Below, one piece after another: positions 26,212 through 36,432 of a DNA stretch of 64,000 nt (position 1 is its first letter; each line of letters starts with the position of its first letter). Source of the stretch: a virus; IMG/VR virus record IMGVR_UViG_3300017971_000032, positions 13,501-77,500 of that record. One strand, given 5' to 3'. The position numbers and the translations under genes are program-made. The notes below the pieces were generated by a model. That model saw nothing but the letters and a program-made list of their open reading frames with translations, made no database searches and was not told the origin of the DNA.

Positions 26212-27196
26212 GCTTGGTGAGAAAGGTGGTCCAGGCTCCGGTAATTGGGGACATGCGGGTCGTCCTGGGCTAGTGGGTGGTAGCTCTAAGCGCAGCGTAC
26301 ATTTTGGCCCTGGGGATGCTGGTGCTTGGGGTGAAGATTTGAATGCTTTCATGGATGAGCGCACTCCCGAATATGGTGATTGGCGTCGTGCTAGTCACCG
26401 TATTAGAGCTGTAGTGAAGTCGCAAATCACCGATGAGCTTTGTGAACGCACAGGCTTAGACAGGGAATTGGTACGTGATTTTATTAAGCAATGGGCCCAT
26501 TCCAGTAATGATTCAGATATGCGCTCCTTGTCCATTCAGGAGGCAGCCGCAGAGGAATTGGGTGTTGAGTTGAGTGATTGGCAAAAGGCATCCATAGAGA
26601 AAATATTGGATGTCAGTTGGATGGATGAGCAATACTCGCATTGGCCCAAAGAAACACTAGACAAAGCCAAGGCTGATTATTTCAATCGACTTGATCGCAA
26701 GCCCTTGATGCCAAGAGAGCAAGAACGCCAGCTTGTGCGTGCTATGTATGATTATACTCAGGAGGAGTTGGCCAAGGCAGGCTACAAGCCTGATGATACT
26801 ATAGAAGTGTACCGTGGCGTTACATATGGTGACACCAAACCTGATTTTGGTGAGAGTGATGTAATTAACTATAAAGGCAATGCCATTGAATCTTGGAGTG
26901 TAGGAGAGCAAGTGGCTGATGCATTTGCTGCTGGTGGGGGTGAGTTGGGCCCAATTGACCCGATGGGAATATTGGATTATGGGGCAACAATATCTATGAA
27001 TGTGCCGGTCAAGAATATAATATCTACAGCTCATACAGGGTTTGGGTGTTTAAAGGAGGGCGAGGTTATTGTGGCTGGTAACGTGCCTGGCTCCAAAGGG
27101 TTTGTAAATACACTGTTTGAGCCACCTACCCAAGAAGAGATTGATGAGTACATGAACTTGACAGGTGCGAGTGAAGTGATAGATTATTGGACTTAA
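26189..27196 (+). CDS. Motif-tagged ADP-ribosyltransferase-like protein
   Basis: KGGPGSGNWGHAGRPGLVGGS at aa 12-32; C-terminal VYRG...ESWS...KEGEVIV (R-S-E signature). Confidence 0.7.
   Translation: MIKKLKLRLGEKGGPGSGNWGHAGRPGLVGGSSKRSVHFGPGDAGAWGEDLNAFMDERTPEYGDWRRASHRIRAVVKSQITDELCERTGLDRELVRDFIKQWAHSSNDSDMRSLSIQEAAAEELGVELSDWQKASIEKILDVSWMDEQYSHWPKETLDKAKADYFNRLDRKPLMPREQERQLVRAMYDYTQEELAKAGYKPDDTIEVYRGVTYGDTKPDFGESDVINYKGNAIESWSVGEQVADAFAAGGGELGPIDPMGILDYGATISMNVPVKNIISTAHTGFGCLKEGEVIVAGNVPGSKGFVNTLFEPPTQEEIDEYMNLTGASEVIDYWT
26222..26284 (+). repeat. Peptide tag KGGPGSGNWGHAGRPG(L/M)VGGS, copy 1 of 6
   Basis: Seen directly in DNA and translation. Confidence 0.97.
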
Positions 27197-27197
27197 T

Positions 27198-27983
27198 ATG
27201 GATGACAAAGCATTAGCTGGCCCAATATCCCCAGAGACAGAGATACGCACTCATCCAGATGGTCAGGATTGGGTGTATTATGCTGGCCAACCTATTGTAG
27301 AGCTTGGCCGCAAGCGTGCGCTGCCTGATGAGCATTGTCATCCTGAGCCTGGGTACACTGTAGGGCGTTGTAAAATGATAAAGCGCAATGGCGAACGTTG
27401 CCGCAACCCTGTGCGCAAGGGTTGGACAGTGTGCCATTACCATGGTGCTGGCTTCCCTTCTAACCCTGGAGGTTTGAACAATAAGCAGATTGTCTCAGGG
27501 CGTCACACACCTCATCTGCCTTCCAGGCTTGTGGAAACATACCTTAACTACGCTAACAGCCCTGAGCATCTCAGTATGGCTGATGAGTTGGCCTTGCTAG
27601 ATACGCGCATGGCAGAGCTGCTGACCAGGCTAGACACGTCAGACGTGAAGCGTGCTTGGTTGAAAGTGAGACATGCACGCCAATTGTTGAACGGGGTTGA
27701 CTCGGATGATAAACGTTTGGATGATGCCATAGGTTTGTTAGATGAGGCTACGGGCATCAAAGGTGAGGACGCTGAGATATGGGATGAGATATGCGCTATT
27801 GTGGAGGAAAGACGCAAGGTTGCTGATTCAGAGCGCAAGCGTGTGACTGATGCTCAGCAAGTCATGACCTATGAGAAGGCCAATATGCTAGTGGCTTTTT
27901 TGATGTCTAGTGTCCAAACCCATGTCCAAGATCCACAGGTGCTGCGTGCCATAGCTGATGATATGAAGCGTGTTACTCTGTAA
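27198..27983 (+). CDS. Probable terminase small subunit (HGGxSTG-like zinc finger)
   Basis: C....RNGERC.......VCHYHGAG followed by a helical region; upstream of TerL. Confidence 0.6.
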   Translation: MDDKALAGPISPETEIRTHPDGQDWVYYAGQPIVELGRKRALPDEHCHPEPGYTVGRCKMIKRNGERCRNPVRKGWTVCHYHGAGFPSNPGGLNNKQIVSGRHTPHLPSRLVETYLNYANSPEHLSMADELALLDTRMAELLTRLDTSDVKRAWLKVRHARQLLNGVDSDDKRLDDAIGLLDEATGIKGEDAEIWDEICAIVEERRKVADSERKRVTDAQQVMTYEKANMLVAFLMSSVQTHVQDPQVLRAIADDMKRVTL

Positions 27984-27984
27984 G

Positions 27985-27996
27985 CGGTTTAGTATA
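27985..27996 (+). promoter_or_regulatory. Phage promoter-like motif CGGTTTAGTATA (copy 3)
   Basis: Exact copy, directly after a stop codon. Confidence 0.7.
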
Positions 27997-28000
27997 GTAA

Positions 28001-28085
28001 GTGGTGGGGGCAACGTGCCTCCTTAGGATAACCTGCAACGGGATTTGGACATCTGAATGCTTGTACTACTACTTGCCCCCACCAC
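28001..28085 (+). ncRNA. Candidate structured RNA or 5' leader closed by a 13-bp stem
   Basis: GTGGTGGGGGCAA ... TTGCCCCCACCAC enclosing about 59 nt. Confidence 0.4.
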
Positions 28086-28152
28086 TACACAAGGTAATTA
28101 TAGCTATTGTAGTAGGTGCAGACTTTAATGTGAATCGGGAGGAGTTGCAGTT

Positions 28153-28314
28153 ATGCCAGATCCAAAGCCAGAACCAAAACCAGAAGAAGTAAAAGAAACG
28201 GAGTCCGCCCAATATGTGGATCGCCATCTTCACTACATCGAAGACATCGACAGCGAGGGAGGTCACCATGGCGATTGGATAAAGATTGAGGAGAATAAAG
28301 ATGAAAGATCTTGA
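28153..28314 (+). CDS. Small acidic protein (53 aa)
   Basis: GGAGGAG RBS; MPDPKPEPKPEE... Confidence 0.55.
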   Translation: MPDPKPEPKPEEVKETESAQYVDRHLHYIEDIDSEGGHHGDWIKIEENKDERS

Positions 28315-28456
28315 ACATTCCGGCCATATAGACGAGGATCAGTTCTACAGCATCGCACTAGGTGTCTTGATTGGCGGAGTGGCCGTTCTGGTAGGATTGT
28401 TGCTTGGCGTGATTGTGGGCCGACTCGGTTTGTTGGAATTGATTCTGGGGATGTGA
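28301..28456 (+). CDS. Small membrane peptide with a glycine zipper (51 aa)
   Basis: GAGGAG RBS; LGVLIGGVAVLVGLLLGVIVG. Confidence 0.6.
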   Translation: MKDLEHSGHIDEDQFYSIALGVLIGGVAVLVGLLLGVIVGRLGLLELILGM

Positions 28457-28462
28457 GGTAAC

Positions 28463-28597
28463 ATGAAAGATCCAGCTGTAGGATTCTCGGCAAGGTTCCT
28501 GTTGTATGTGCTGATTCTAATAGCAATAGCAGGTGTAGGAATTGCCATATTTGATTTCTTGGGTCATCAGATCTTTGGCCCTGTGTGGGTGTGGTGA
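28463..28597 (+). CDS. Small membrane peptide (44 aa)
   Basis: GAGGT RBS; FLLYVLILIAIAGVGIAIF. Confidence 0.6.
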   Translation: MKDPAVGFSARFLLYVLILIAIAGVGIAIFDFLGHQIFGPVWVW

Positions 28598-28824
28598 TGA
28601 CAAAACACAGAGACGATTACAGGTTGGTCAACGTCAAAGGTTCAGGCATTGGCGTGATAGAGCCTGACACCTGGGCACGGATGCCAGAGGAGCTGAAGAC
28701 TGAAAACCATATTGAGGTTCTTGCTACGAACGAGGAAGTTGTCATCAGAGCAGCCTACCATTCTCATCCAGATAAGTACAACTGGAGGGACTCTGGTCAT
28801 ATAGCACCTAAGAATAAGAAATAG
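28597..28824 (+). CDS. Hypothetical protein
   Basis: TGATG coupling with the previous ORF. Confidence 0.5.
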   Translation: MTKHRDDYRLVNVKGSGIGVIEPDTWARMPEELKTENHIEVLATNEEVVIRAAYHSHPDKYNWRDSGHIAPKNKK

Positions 28825-28850
28825 AAAGTGAACGATGACGGGAGGTAAGT

Positions 28851-29081
28851 GTGATGCCCAAGTTTGATCCTTATGATAATCCTGATTATACGATTATAGC
28901 GGCGGAGCCTGGTACGCCTGAGCATGATGCTATGTGCGAGTTCTACAACGAGGGCAACTATGGGTTTGGTGGATTGTTGATGAGGCTGGCGCTGATTCTG
29001 CTTCTTCTACCGCTTGGCACAGCATGCATATGCGCACTAATGGGAGATCCAGAACTAGTGCGACAAGTGTTAGGAATGTGA
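28851..29081 (+). CDS. Small membrane protein
   Basis: GGAGGT RBS; one TM segment. Confidence 0.6.
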   Translation: MMPKFDPYDNPDYTIIAAEPGTPEHDAMCEFYNEGNYGFGGLLMRLALILLLLPLGTACICALMGDPELVRQVLGM

Positions 29082-29082
29082 T

Positions 29083-29220
29083 ATGACCTGCCCATCTAGA
29101 CCCAACTACACTGGGTTGATATGCGTGGTTCTAGGCCTCATTTTCATATGCTGCATGGCCACCATTGCTGCACCAGACACAGTGCTAGACCTGATATTTA
29201 ACCTGGTCGTAAACTGGTGA
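29083..29220 (+). CDS. Small Cys-containing membrane peptide (45 aa)
   Basis: GLICVVLGLIFICCMATIA. Confidence 0.55.
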   Translation: MTCPSRPNYTGLICVVLGLIFICCMATIAAPDTVLDLIFNLVVNW

Positions 29221-29254
29221 CATAGGAGAGTTTGCTCAGATTTGGGGGAGATTG

Positions 29255-29368
29255 ATGTTCAAGAACTGGAACTTCGATTGGGAAGGAATCAAGAGCTGCG
29301 TGCTTGTTCCTATTGCTCTCGTTCTTCTCATGATCCTAATTGGAATGGTGCTAGGAAAGTGTAGCTAA
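29255..29368 (+). CDS. Small membrane peptide (37 aa)
   Basis: GGGAG RBS; CVLVPIALVLLMILIGMVL. Confidence 0.55.
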   Translation: MFKNWNFDWEGIKSCVLVPIALVLLMILIGMVLGKCS

Positions 29369-29375
29369 TGGGTGA

Positions 29376-29489
29376 ATGCTAGTGAGTAATGTCAAAGGCT
29401 ACAATCCTGTAGGTGGATGTGGGTGTCTACTATTTGTATTGTGTATTACCGCTGTGCTAGCAATGTGTGTAGTTAACAGCATGAGGTGA
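29376..29489 (+). CDS. Small Cys-rich membrane peptide (37 aa)
   Basis: GGCGCLLFVLCITAVLAMCVV. Confidence 0.5.
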   Translation: MLVSNVKGYNPVGGCGCLLFVLCITAVLAMCVVNSMR

Positions 29490-29492
29490 TTT

Positions 29493-29684
29493 ATGGACTA
29501 CCTATTGGTGTGCGACGATGAGACTGCCAGACTATTGCAAGAGGCTTTGAACGGCCACAAGATCAAGGTAGTGCCTAAGGTTGAATCATTGGGATTCCAA
29601 CATCCTGAGGGTTCTCCTTTGCGTGAGATCAAGCGTGACGGCACTCCCACTTCCCAAATGGACAAACATGGACATAGACGGTAG
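29493..29684 (+). CDS. Hypothetical protein
   Basis: GAGGT RBS; operon packing. Confidence 0.5.
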   Translation: MDYLLVCDDETARLLQEALNGHKIKVVPKVESLGFQHPEGSPLREIKRDGTPTSQMDKHGHRR

Positions 29685-30165
29685 TGACGAGTATGTGGAG
29701 TTCCCTGACTTCGAGGAATGGTTAGGCTTGAGGTATGGTATGCCGAAGCAGGGAACTGCAGAATATAATGTTCTGAAGCGTTTTGGGCACCGTGTCTACT
29801 TGGACAGAGCGTATCCTGAGATATTCTGCCAAACCGGAGTTTCTAAGCGGGATATATGGGGTTGGCAGCATCACTTGTACCGTTGGTACTGTGTAAGGCT
29901 AATGACCGGAGATGATGACGAGGTTGACGAGGATGCGCTCCTCGCACTTTTAGAGACAGCCCCTGTATATTATGTGCTTAACGACATCTCCGTGCCCGGA
30001 GTCACGAATATCGCGGTCAACACTAAGTGCGTGCCTGTGTGGTGGGATGGGGGCAGGGCTGTTGTGCTGTTTTGCATAGGAGATGACTTAGTACTAGCAG
30101 AAGTGCCGCAGGCTGATCTGAAAGAGACTGACAGCACTTTCAGATCTTGGGAGGATATAGAGTGA
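29668..30165 (+). CDS. Hypothetical protein
   Basis: ORF in operon; start uncertain. Confidence 0.55.
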   Translation: MDIDGSDEYVEFPDFEEWLGLRYGMPKQGTAEYNVLKRFGHRVYLDRAYPEIFCQTGVSKRDIWGWQHHLYRWYCVRLMTGDDDEVDEDALLALLETAPVYYVLNDISVPGVTNIAVNTKCVPVWWDGGRAVVLFCIGDDLVLAEVPQADLKETDSTFRSWEDIE

Positions 30166-30389
30166 TGGATGGCAAGTCTGTATACGCATTTCTAGCGGAT
30201 CCTGCTAATCGTGTGGTCAACAATGATTTGTATAATTTGGCCAAAGATTGGGCAAGGCGTGCGCAGAGTTTAGACACTACACCCACTCAGCACGAGACAG
30301 AGGAGCTGGCTGCAGCCTGTACGGCTGTGCTGGCAACAGTGCCTTATATGTATAAAGATTCAGACGAACTGGATGAGGAGTTCCTATAG

Positions 30390-30734
30390 GTGCGCGACAA
30401 TCACTCACTAGGCGAGATCGTCGTGGCATTGATTATAGTCACAGCCACACTGATAGTGTTGGCCGTGTTGTCGCACGGCGAGATACGTAAACATACAGAT
30501 CCAAGGTGGGTGAGTGCGGCTGCCGACATCATACAAATGGTCATACTTATGTATATAGGCAGCTGGGTGTGGCGTATATCTCACAACTTAGATGCCTTGT
30601 TGGCCATACTCAGTGGTGATGCATCACATCTAAACCCTAACTTGACTGGGTTGGTTGCGCTAGCAGTCCAGAAGTTCAAAGAGGCAGCACAAGAGCTGGA
30701 GGATAATCTCAAAGATGGCGGGAAAAAAGACTAA
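30390..30734 (+). CDS. Membrane protein (2 TM)
   Basis: Two hydrophobic segments; GAGGAG RBS. Confidence 0.55.
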   Translation: MRDNHSLGEIVVALIIVTATLIVLAVLSHGEIRKHTDPRWVSAAADIIQMVILMYIGSWVWRISHNLDALLAILSGDASHLNPNLTGLVALAVQKFKEAAQELEDNLKDGGKKD

Positions 30735-31636
30735 CGTATGCAAAGACATAAAGCAATGTCCTGTATGTGGTGGTACACATCCTAATTTGAGCCTTGCCCC
30801 ATTGCCTGAAGGTGCAATGATGGAGGATTATGGCTGGAGTGAGGAGGTAACGCATTGGGGTATATGCCCAATGACCAATTCTATTATCCAAGTGAAGGTA
30901 GAAGAGGATGGGGGAGATGAGGCCTGACGACAACGAGAAGGGCCCATTGGTAACCTACTATGAAGATCTGGCAGGTGTTACCATCATTGACGTGGCCACT
31001 ATTCCTGCTGAAGTTCCAAGGCAATGCAAGACATATGTTTTGCTAAAGGGCAGGGATAGGGAAGGCAATCCTGTACGATTTATGCTGGCAATGGTTGGGG
31101 TTAAGAGTGCTTGTCCTGACCATGGCGATATGCTGGATGATATGATTGATGGTATTGACTTCTTTGCCCTGCAAGAAGTAAGGCAAAGGGAGCGTGGGCA
31201 GGCATTGAACAGCTTGCGCTTGCTAAAGGAGCAAGACGGTGAAGGCTGAGGAACCGCTTTCAGAGAAGGTTCTGCGCATAATGTGTGTCAATGGTACCAT
31301 ATACACGCGATCAAAGCGTTCCAATTGGGACAAATGGGCTGTGATATTGATGATTATATTGGTTGTGGCCATAATTGTAGTAAACGCTATTAGCAAGACG
31401 TTTATTTAGTAAATATGGGAGCAAGCTATGAGGCCTATAGATTTTGAAGATGCTCAGGAAACGTTAGCCCAAGAATTTGTTATAAGCGAGATCCAACGGG
31501 TGATCAACGAACATGAAGCACGCAAGCGTTTTGAAATGATCAAAGCACGCAAGCGTTGGGAGCGTCATTGGCGCACACGTCTGTCCAAATGGCTAAGGTC
31601 TGTGGCGCATCATGTAGCGTTGCCGGAGCCGCCTGA

Positions 31637-33187
31637 GTGCTAGATATAGAAGCGTTTCAACAGCCTGACCAGCCTGACTTGGCTAACAGGCTAATACAAG
31701 AATGGGCGGACAAGCTCACATTTGGTGGCCCTATAGATGCTAATAACCCTATAGAGTCACCTACTGAATGGATACAAACCAACTTCCTGATTGACAGGCC
31801 AAGGGAGCCGGTTACAGGAAGAGTGTTACCTAAAGGACCAATACGTCTGGCAGAGTATCAAGCCAGGGTTGTAGAAGAAGCGCTACGGCGTGACGCTGAC
31901 GGCAAGCTCATTTACAATACAATAGTGTGGTCAGAGCCAAAGAAATCAGGCAAGACGGCTGTAGCAGCAGGCGTAGGTATGTATATGGGACAGACTAATG
32001 AGGCCTGCCACATATACTGCCTGGCTAATGACGGCAAGCAATCCCAAGACCGCATATTCAATGCAATGGCCAGATCTATCCAGCTACATAATAAGCTTGG
32101 TGGATGCTATGTAGGGCTGAAAGCCACATACTCTCCGCCTACGATAGTCTTGCCCAACCGTACTAAGATTGAAGCTATCCCGTGCGACGCAGCGGGCGAA
32201 GCTGGATCAGAACCATTGATGACGATATGGTCAGAGCTGTGGGGCTATGCTCAGAAGCACAAAGAGCGCATTTGGACAGAGTTGACTATACCTCCTACAC
32301 TTCACGGCTACGCAATGCGTTGGGTTGAGAGTTATGCAGGCTATGAGGATGAATCCACCACTCTTTGGAATCTATATGATGTAGGAGTCAATCATGGCAA
32401 GCGGCATCCCCATTTCTCTGAGTTGCCTGTATATGTGAATGAGGCTGCCAAGCAACTGACATTTTGGTCTCACGAGCCCAGGCAGCCTTGGCAGACTAAA
32501 GACTACTATGCTGCTGAATCGCTGTTGCTGACACCTAATGAGTTCACGCGTATTCACTGCAACCAGTGGATCACATCTGTGACCTCATTGTTTGAGGACA
32601 TTATCACTTGGGACAAGTGTGCTAACCCTAATATTGCCAGACCACTGTTGCCAGGAGATGATACCCCACTAGTACTAGCAATGGATGCAGCCTACGCCAA
32701 TGATTGTGCGGCTATTGTGGGAGTGACACGTCATCCAGATGATGAGTGGGATGCTGAGCACAGACGTGTCATAGAACGTGTAGCATTGGTTTGGGAACCG
32801 CCCAAAGGTGATAAACTCAATTTTACCCTTACTTTAGAGCCAGCCATCATTGAGCTTTGTGAGGAGATGAACGTTTACACAGTTGTGTATGACCCATACC
32901 AGCTACACAAATTTGCCACGGATATGATGATGCAAGGCATTGCCCCATTCAAAGAGTTTTCGCAGGCTGGTAGGCGATTGCGGGCAGACAGACAGTTTTA
33001 CGATATGGTCATCCATCGTCATTACATACATTCAGGCAATGACGATATGAGACAGCATGTACGCAACTGTGCCAAGAAGGAAGAGGGCAAGAACTTGAGA
33101 TTAGTCAAGAAGTCACCCACTAAGCCCATTGACTTGGCCGTGGCCACATCAATGGCAGTGGATGAGTGCTTGAGGTTAAATATCTAG
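31637..33187 (+). CDS. terL: Terminase large subunit
   Basis: LAEYQ, PKKSGKT (Walker A), IWSE (Walker B variant), LAMDAA, YDPYQ, PIDLAVATSMA. Confidence 0.92.
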   Translation: MLDIEAFQQPDQPDLANRLIQEWADKLTFGGPIDANNPIESPTEWIQTNFLIDRPREPVTGRVLPKGPIRLAEYQARVVEEALRRDADGKLIYNTIVWSEPKKSGKTAVAAGVGMYMGQTNEACHIYCLANDGKQSQDRIFNAMARSIQLHNKLGGCYVGLKATYSPPTIVLPNRTKIEAIPCDAAGEAGSEPLMTIWSELWGYAQKHKERIWTELTIPPTLHGYAMRWVESYAGYEDESTTLWNLYDVGVNHGKRHPHFSELPVYVNEAAKQLTFWSHEPRQPWQTKDYYAAESLLLTPNEFTRIHCNQWITSVTSLFEDIITWDKCANPNIARPLLPGDDTPLVLAMDAAYANDCAAIVGVTRHPDDEWDAEHRRVIERVALVWEPPKGDKLNFTLTLEPAIIELCEEMNVYTVVYDPYQLHKFATDMMMQGIAPFKEFSQAGRRLRADRQFYDMVIHRHYIHSGNDDMRQHVRNCAKKEEGKNLRLVKKSPTKPIDLAVATSMAVDECLRLNI

Positions 33188-33843
33188 TATGAGTACTCCA
33201 GAGACTAAACACACAGGAAAGTTCCGCAGAGTAGGACGTCAATGCCGCCCGCCAGCACAACCACGCCAGCGCACTTGCAAGGGTTGTAATATTCCTATGG
33301 AATGGGTATGCACAGGCCACAATGACCGTACGGGCAAGGCATACGGATATTGGATTTGCCCTGAATGCGGAGAGACCAAATGAGCATAGTAATGATCACA
33401 ATTCCAGACGAGGGCCATCCATTGCATATAGTGGAGTGGGATTCACCAGCAGTGTTTATATACGTCCCACGTGACAATCCAGACATCACTATAGAGCATA
33501 CTACTGAAGGTGATAAGCTCAATTTTACCCTTGCTATAAAGCCGGCTATTACAAAGCTTTGTAATAGCCTGAGACATCTGATTTGCCTGGCACCAGAAAG
33601 GTCATAGAATGGATGAGCAAACACAATCCGTTGAGATTATTGAACCAAATTTAAGCGTTGATTGCCGTAATTGCGACATTGCTATGGAATGGGTGCCTAC
33701 GGACATAGTTGATCATCCTGAGGACGTAGACGCCAAGTGTCGTATAGGGTATTATCAGTGTCCTGAATGCCAAAGGACCACATGGCTGATAACACCATAC
33801 AATAATCCAGGTGCATATGGTATAGGAGAGGAGCCATTAGAGA

Positions 33844-34071
33844 ATGGATGAGGAAGGACGAGACCCAAGAGTAGGAATGACTATAGGAGTAACAGCCAGT
33901 ATAGGGAACTATCAATCCTTGAAAGTATCCGTATATGCGGAGATGTGCGTACTACCAGGGGAGACTACTACCCGAGCCTTGGACGTATTACAGAAGCATC
34001 TCCTACAGGAGCTATACGATCGTGCGAAGGAGATAGAAGGGGGCTTAAGGGATAACGGTATAGTAAGATAG
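33844..34071 (+). CDS. Hypothetical phage protein
   Basis: GVTASIGNYQSLKV pattern; last + strand gene of this block. Confidence 0.55.
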   Translation: MDEEGRDPRVGMTIGVTASIGNYQSLKVSVYAEMCVLPGETTTRALDVLQKHLLQELYDRAKEIEGGLRDNGIVR

Positions 34072-34386
34072 ATCTAAAGCAATAAGGTATAAGGCTAAAG
34101 GAGCTTATGTCTAGGGGCTTATAGGCTAACATATTTGTAGGGGGCAGAGCATCTCCTATAAGTCCTTAGGTATAGGCTCCTTTATAGTGTATATAGGGGA
34201 GAGGGATAGTATGTGGGGGAGGGGAGTGGGTACGGATATGTATGGGGGTGTAGGAGTATATGTAGTGATGGGATATGGGCATAGGGATGGAGGGAGTGTG
34301 TAGAATAGACAAATATCCCCCCTTGCCTCCCCTCTTGCTAAACGCTCCCCTAGCACTAGCTCCCTCCTATAGGAGCGCAGCACAAC

Positions 34387-34423
34387 AGCCTATCAGTTAG
34401 CCATTAACTGATAGGCTTTATTT
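34387..34423 (+). terminator. Terminator hairpin between convergent blocks
   Basis: AGCCTATCAGTTA-GCCAT-TAACTGATAGGCT then TTATTT. Confidence 0.7.
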
Positions 34424-34646
34424 ATAGCGCTATGTAATTGTACAGGCAATAATTATTGCCTGGCGCGCATGGCATGGGGTGGGGTGTGTTTGTATATTAC
34501 TGTGGTCAGAACAACTCGGGAAAACTTTATACTTGCCAACCAATTTTTGAATACTGGCCCAAGCAAGTATTTATGGGGATATATGGGAATAGGTATAGGG
34601 GAGTATATACAGGGTGTACGTGCTCCCCTATACCTACGGGCACTGC

Positions 34647-34985
34647 CTACTCGTACCGCTCCAATAGACTATTCACAGCAGACCTTATAGAGTGGCCTTC
34701 AGCATGCCCTACTACTTCATGGAGGCTACTTTCCAAGAAAGCGTAGCAGTGTCCTTCACTACCTTCCACTACTACTCTGAGACTCCCATTCAGTACATCT
34801 TCCTCCACATAGCTACTCTTCTCCTCTTGGCGCTTTGGCCTATCTTCTTCTACCGCAGCTTCCCAACCAGCTTGCCAATCATCATGGGCAATCGTTCCTG
34901 GTTCATATGGATTATCCTGTCCACCATACCAATAAAACCGACAACCTTGCCTATAGGCTCTTGACTTCAAGCGTGACTTGTTCAT
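34647..34985 (-). CDS. Hypothetical protein with an RMF-like motif
   Basis: AYRQG...NPY......WQAGW; GGAGGT RBS before ATG 34985. Confidence 0.5.
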   Translation of the reverse strand: MNKSRLKSRAYRQGCRFYWYGGQDNPYEPGTIAHDDWQAGWEAAVEEDRPKRQEEKSSYVEEDVLNGSLRVVVEGSEGHCYAFLESSLHEVVGHAEGHSIRSAVNSLLERYE

Positions 34986-35791
34986 AGTCCCACCTCCATG
35001 AGCTTGGCCAGCGCTTCCTCTGGACTGTCCTGCCATCCACTGCTACTGACAGCTCCGGCATGGTTGCGGCATTGTTGCGGCCATGAGAAGCGGTCATGAG
35101 AAATGGCCCAGGAGATGCTTGCTATGTACTTGTTGGCCGTCCCTATGGCCCCATTAGTTTGGCCACGGCGAATGCGAATAATGGCATCAGGACGTTCCGA
35201 CATGGCATCGAGAATGGACTGACGCTTATTGGTGTCTACTACTGGATCCTCCAACTGGGACACGCGTGCATCCAACTTGGCCATCTCCTCACCTACCTTG
35301 TCATCCATAACCTCCATGCGATTACACACTTCATTTACATAGTCCTCCAAAATCTCGGAGGACTTCTTTAGATCCAAGAAGAGCTTGTCTACCTCCCGCA
35401 AGGTATGCTCCAACAGGGATACACGTCGGCCGAGCATGTTTAGGATCTGTACATTGTTGGCCCTGGCCTTGTCCAAGGCTGCCATGAGCTTGCGCACATC
35501 TTCCTTAGCTGACTCATGAGGCTGGATGTCTTCTATGATGGGAATAACGTAAGCCTCATGTCCATACTCAACTTCACCCCTATGATTGTCTTTGGCAAAT
35601 GCGGATGGATCTGCCAAGATCTTATGAACGTATTGGCCAACGTCCTGCATCTGCACTGGCTGCTCCAGCTCGATCATAGCATACAGCTCTGGGTATAACT
35701 TCATATGCTTGCCGGGAACATAGTTCGTGATGCTGATGCTAGCCAACTCCCAACTATTTACTGGTGTGACGAATATGTAGTTGTCGTGCAT
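34982..35791 (-). CDS. Coiled-coil hypothetical protein
   Basis: GGAGG RBS before ATG 35791; central heptad region. Confidence 0.6.
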   Translation of the reverse strand: MHDNYIFVTPVNSWELASISITNYVPGKHMKLYPELYAMIELEQPVQMQDVGQYVHKILADPSAFAKDNHRGEVEYGHEAYVIPIIEDIQPHESAKEDVRKLMAALDKARANNVQILNMLGRRVSLLEHTLREVDKLFLDLKKSSEILEDYVNEVCNRMEVMDDKVGEEMAKLDARVSQLEDPVVDTNKRQSILDAMSERPDAIIRIRRGQTNGAIGTANKYIASISWAISHDRFSWPQQCRNHAGAVSSSGWQDSPEEALAKLMEVGL

Positions 35792-36432
35792 TTTTGGTGC
35801 CTCCTTACCAACAGTCTGGTTCTCCAACGGCTGCCAAGCTTGGAAAGACAGCTTGGCAAACCTCATCCTCATGGGCGTGGATGCGCATGCCTTGTGGCGG
35901 AACATCCCCATCCCAATGGCAACGGTACAAGCGGTAGTGCAACTTGCCCTCAACGGATCGAACAACAATGGCCTTGACGATGAACAACATCTCATCTCCT
36001 GGCTCAATGTCATCTGGCGTTACCGTGTACGGATCTACAATCTTAGGCATCGTTCTCTCCTTCTCCTACACAATAGTTATACATACTGGCTCTGTACTCT
36101 GGTGAGCCGAACTCATATCCTGCTACGTATTGGTGATATACAAGCATAGTAGGTGGTATGTCAATGAACAGGAATACCAACGTGGCCGTGGTCAGATCTT
36201 GATCAATCGAAAATGGGTCGACAATAACGTCTACCAGTCCTTCAAACGTGATGGGCCCAACCTTGAAGTGGCAGCCTATGTAGCAATTTGATAAGTGTTC
36301 AAACAGCTCCAGCTCCCCTACCACTTGAAGCTCCCAACAGCTTTTCTTATTGCGTTGAGGAGGCCATTTGGCAGTATGACTGACATGTTTGCCAGCCAAC
36401 GTCTTAAGTGTCTTGTAGGGCATGTCAACATC

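Noticed and set aside
34156-34746. Track ORFs 34156-34383, 34456-34746 and 34469-34690
   Set aside because: Low-complexity translations of the G/C-skewed intergenic tract, with no RBS support
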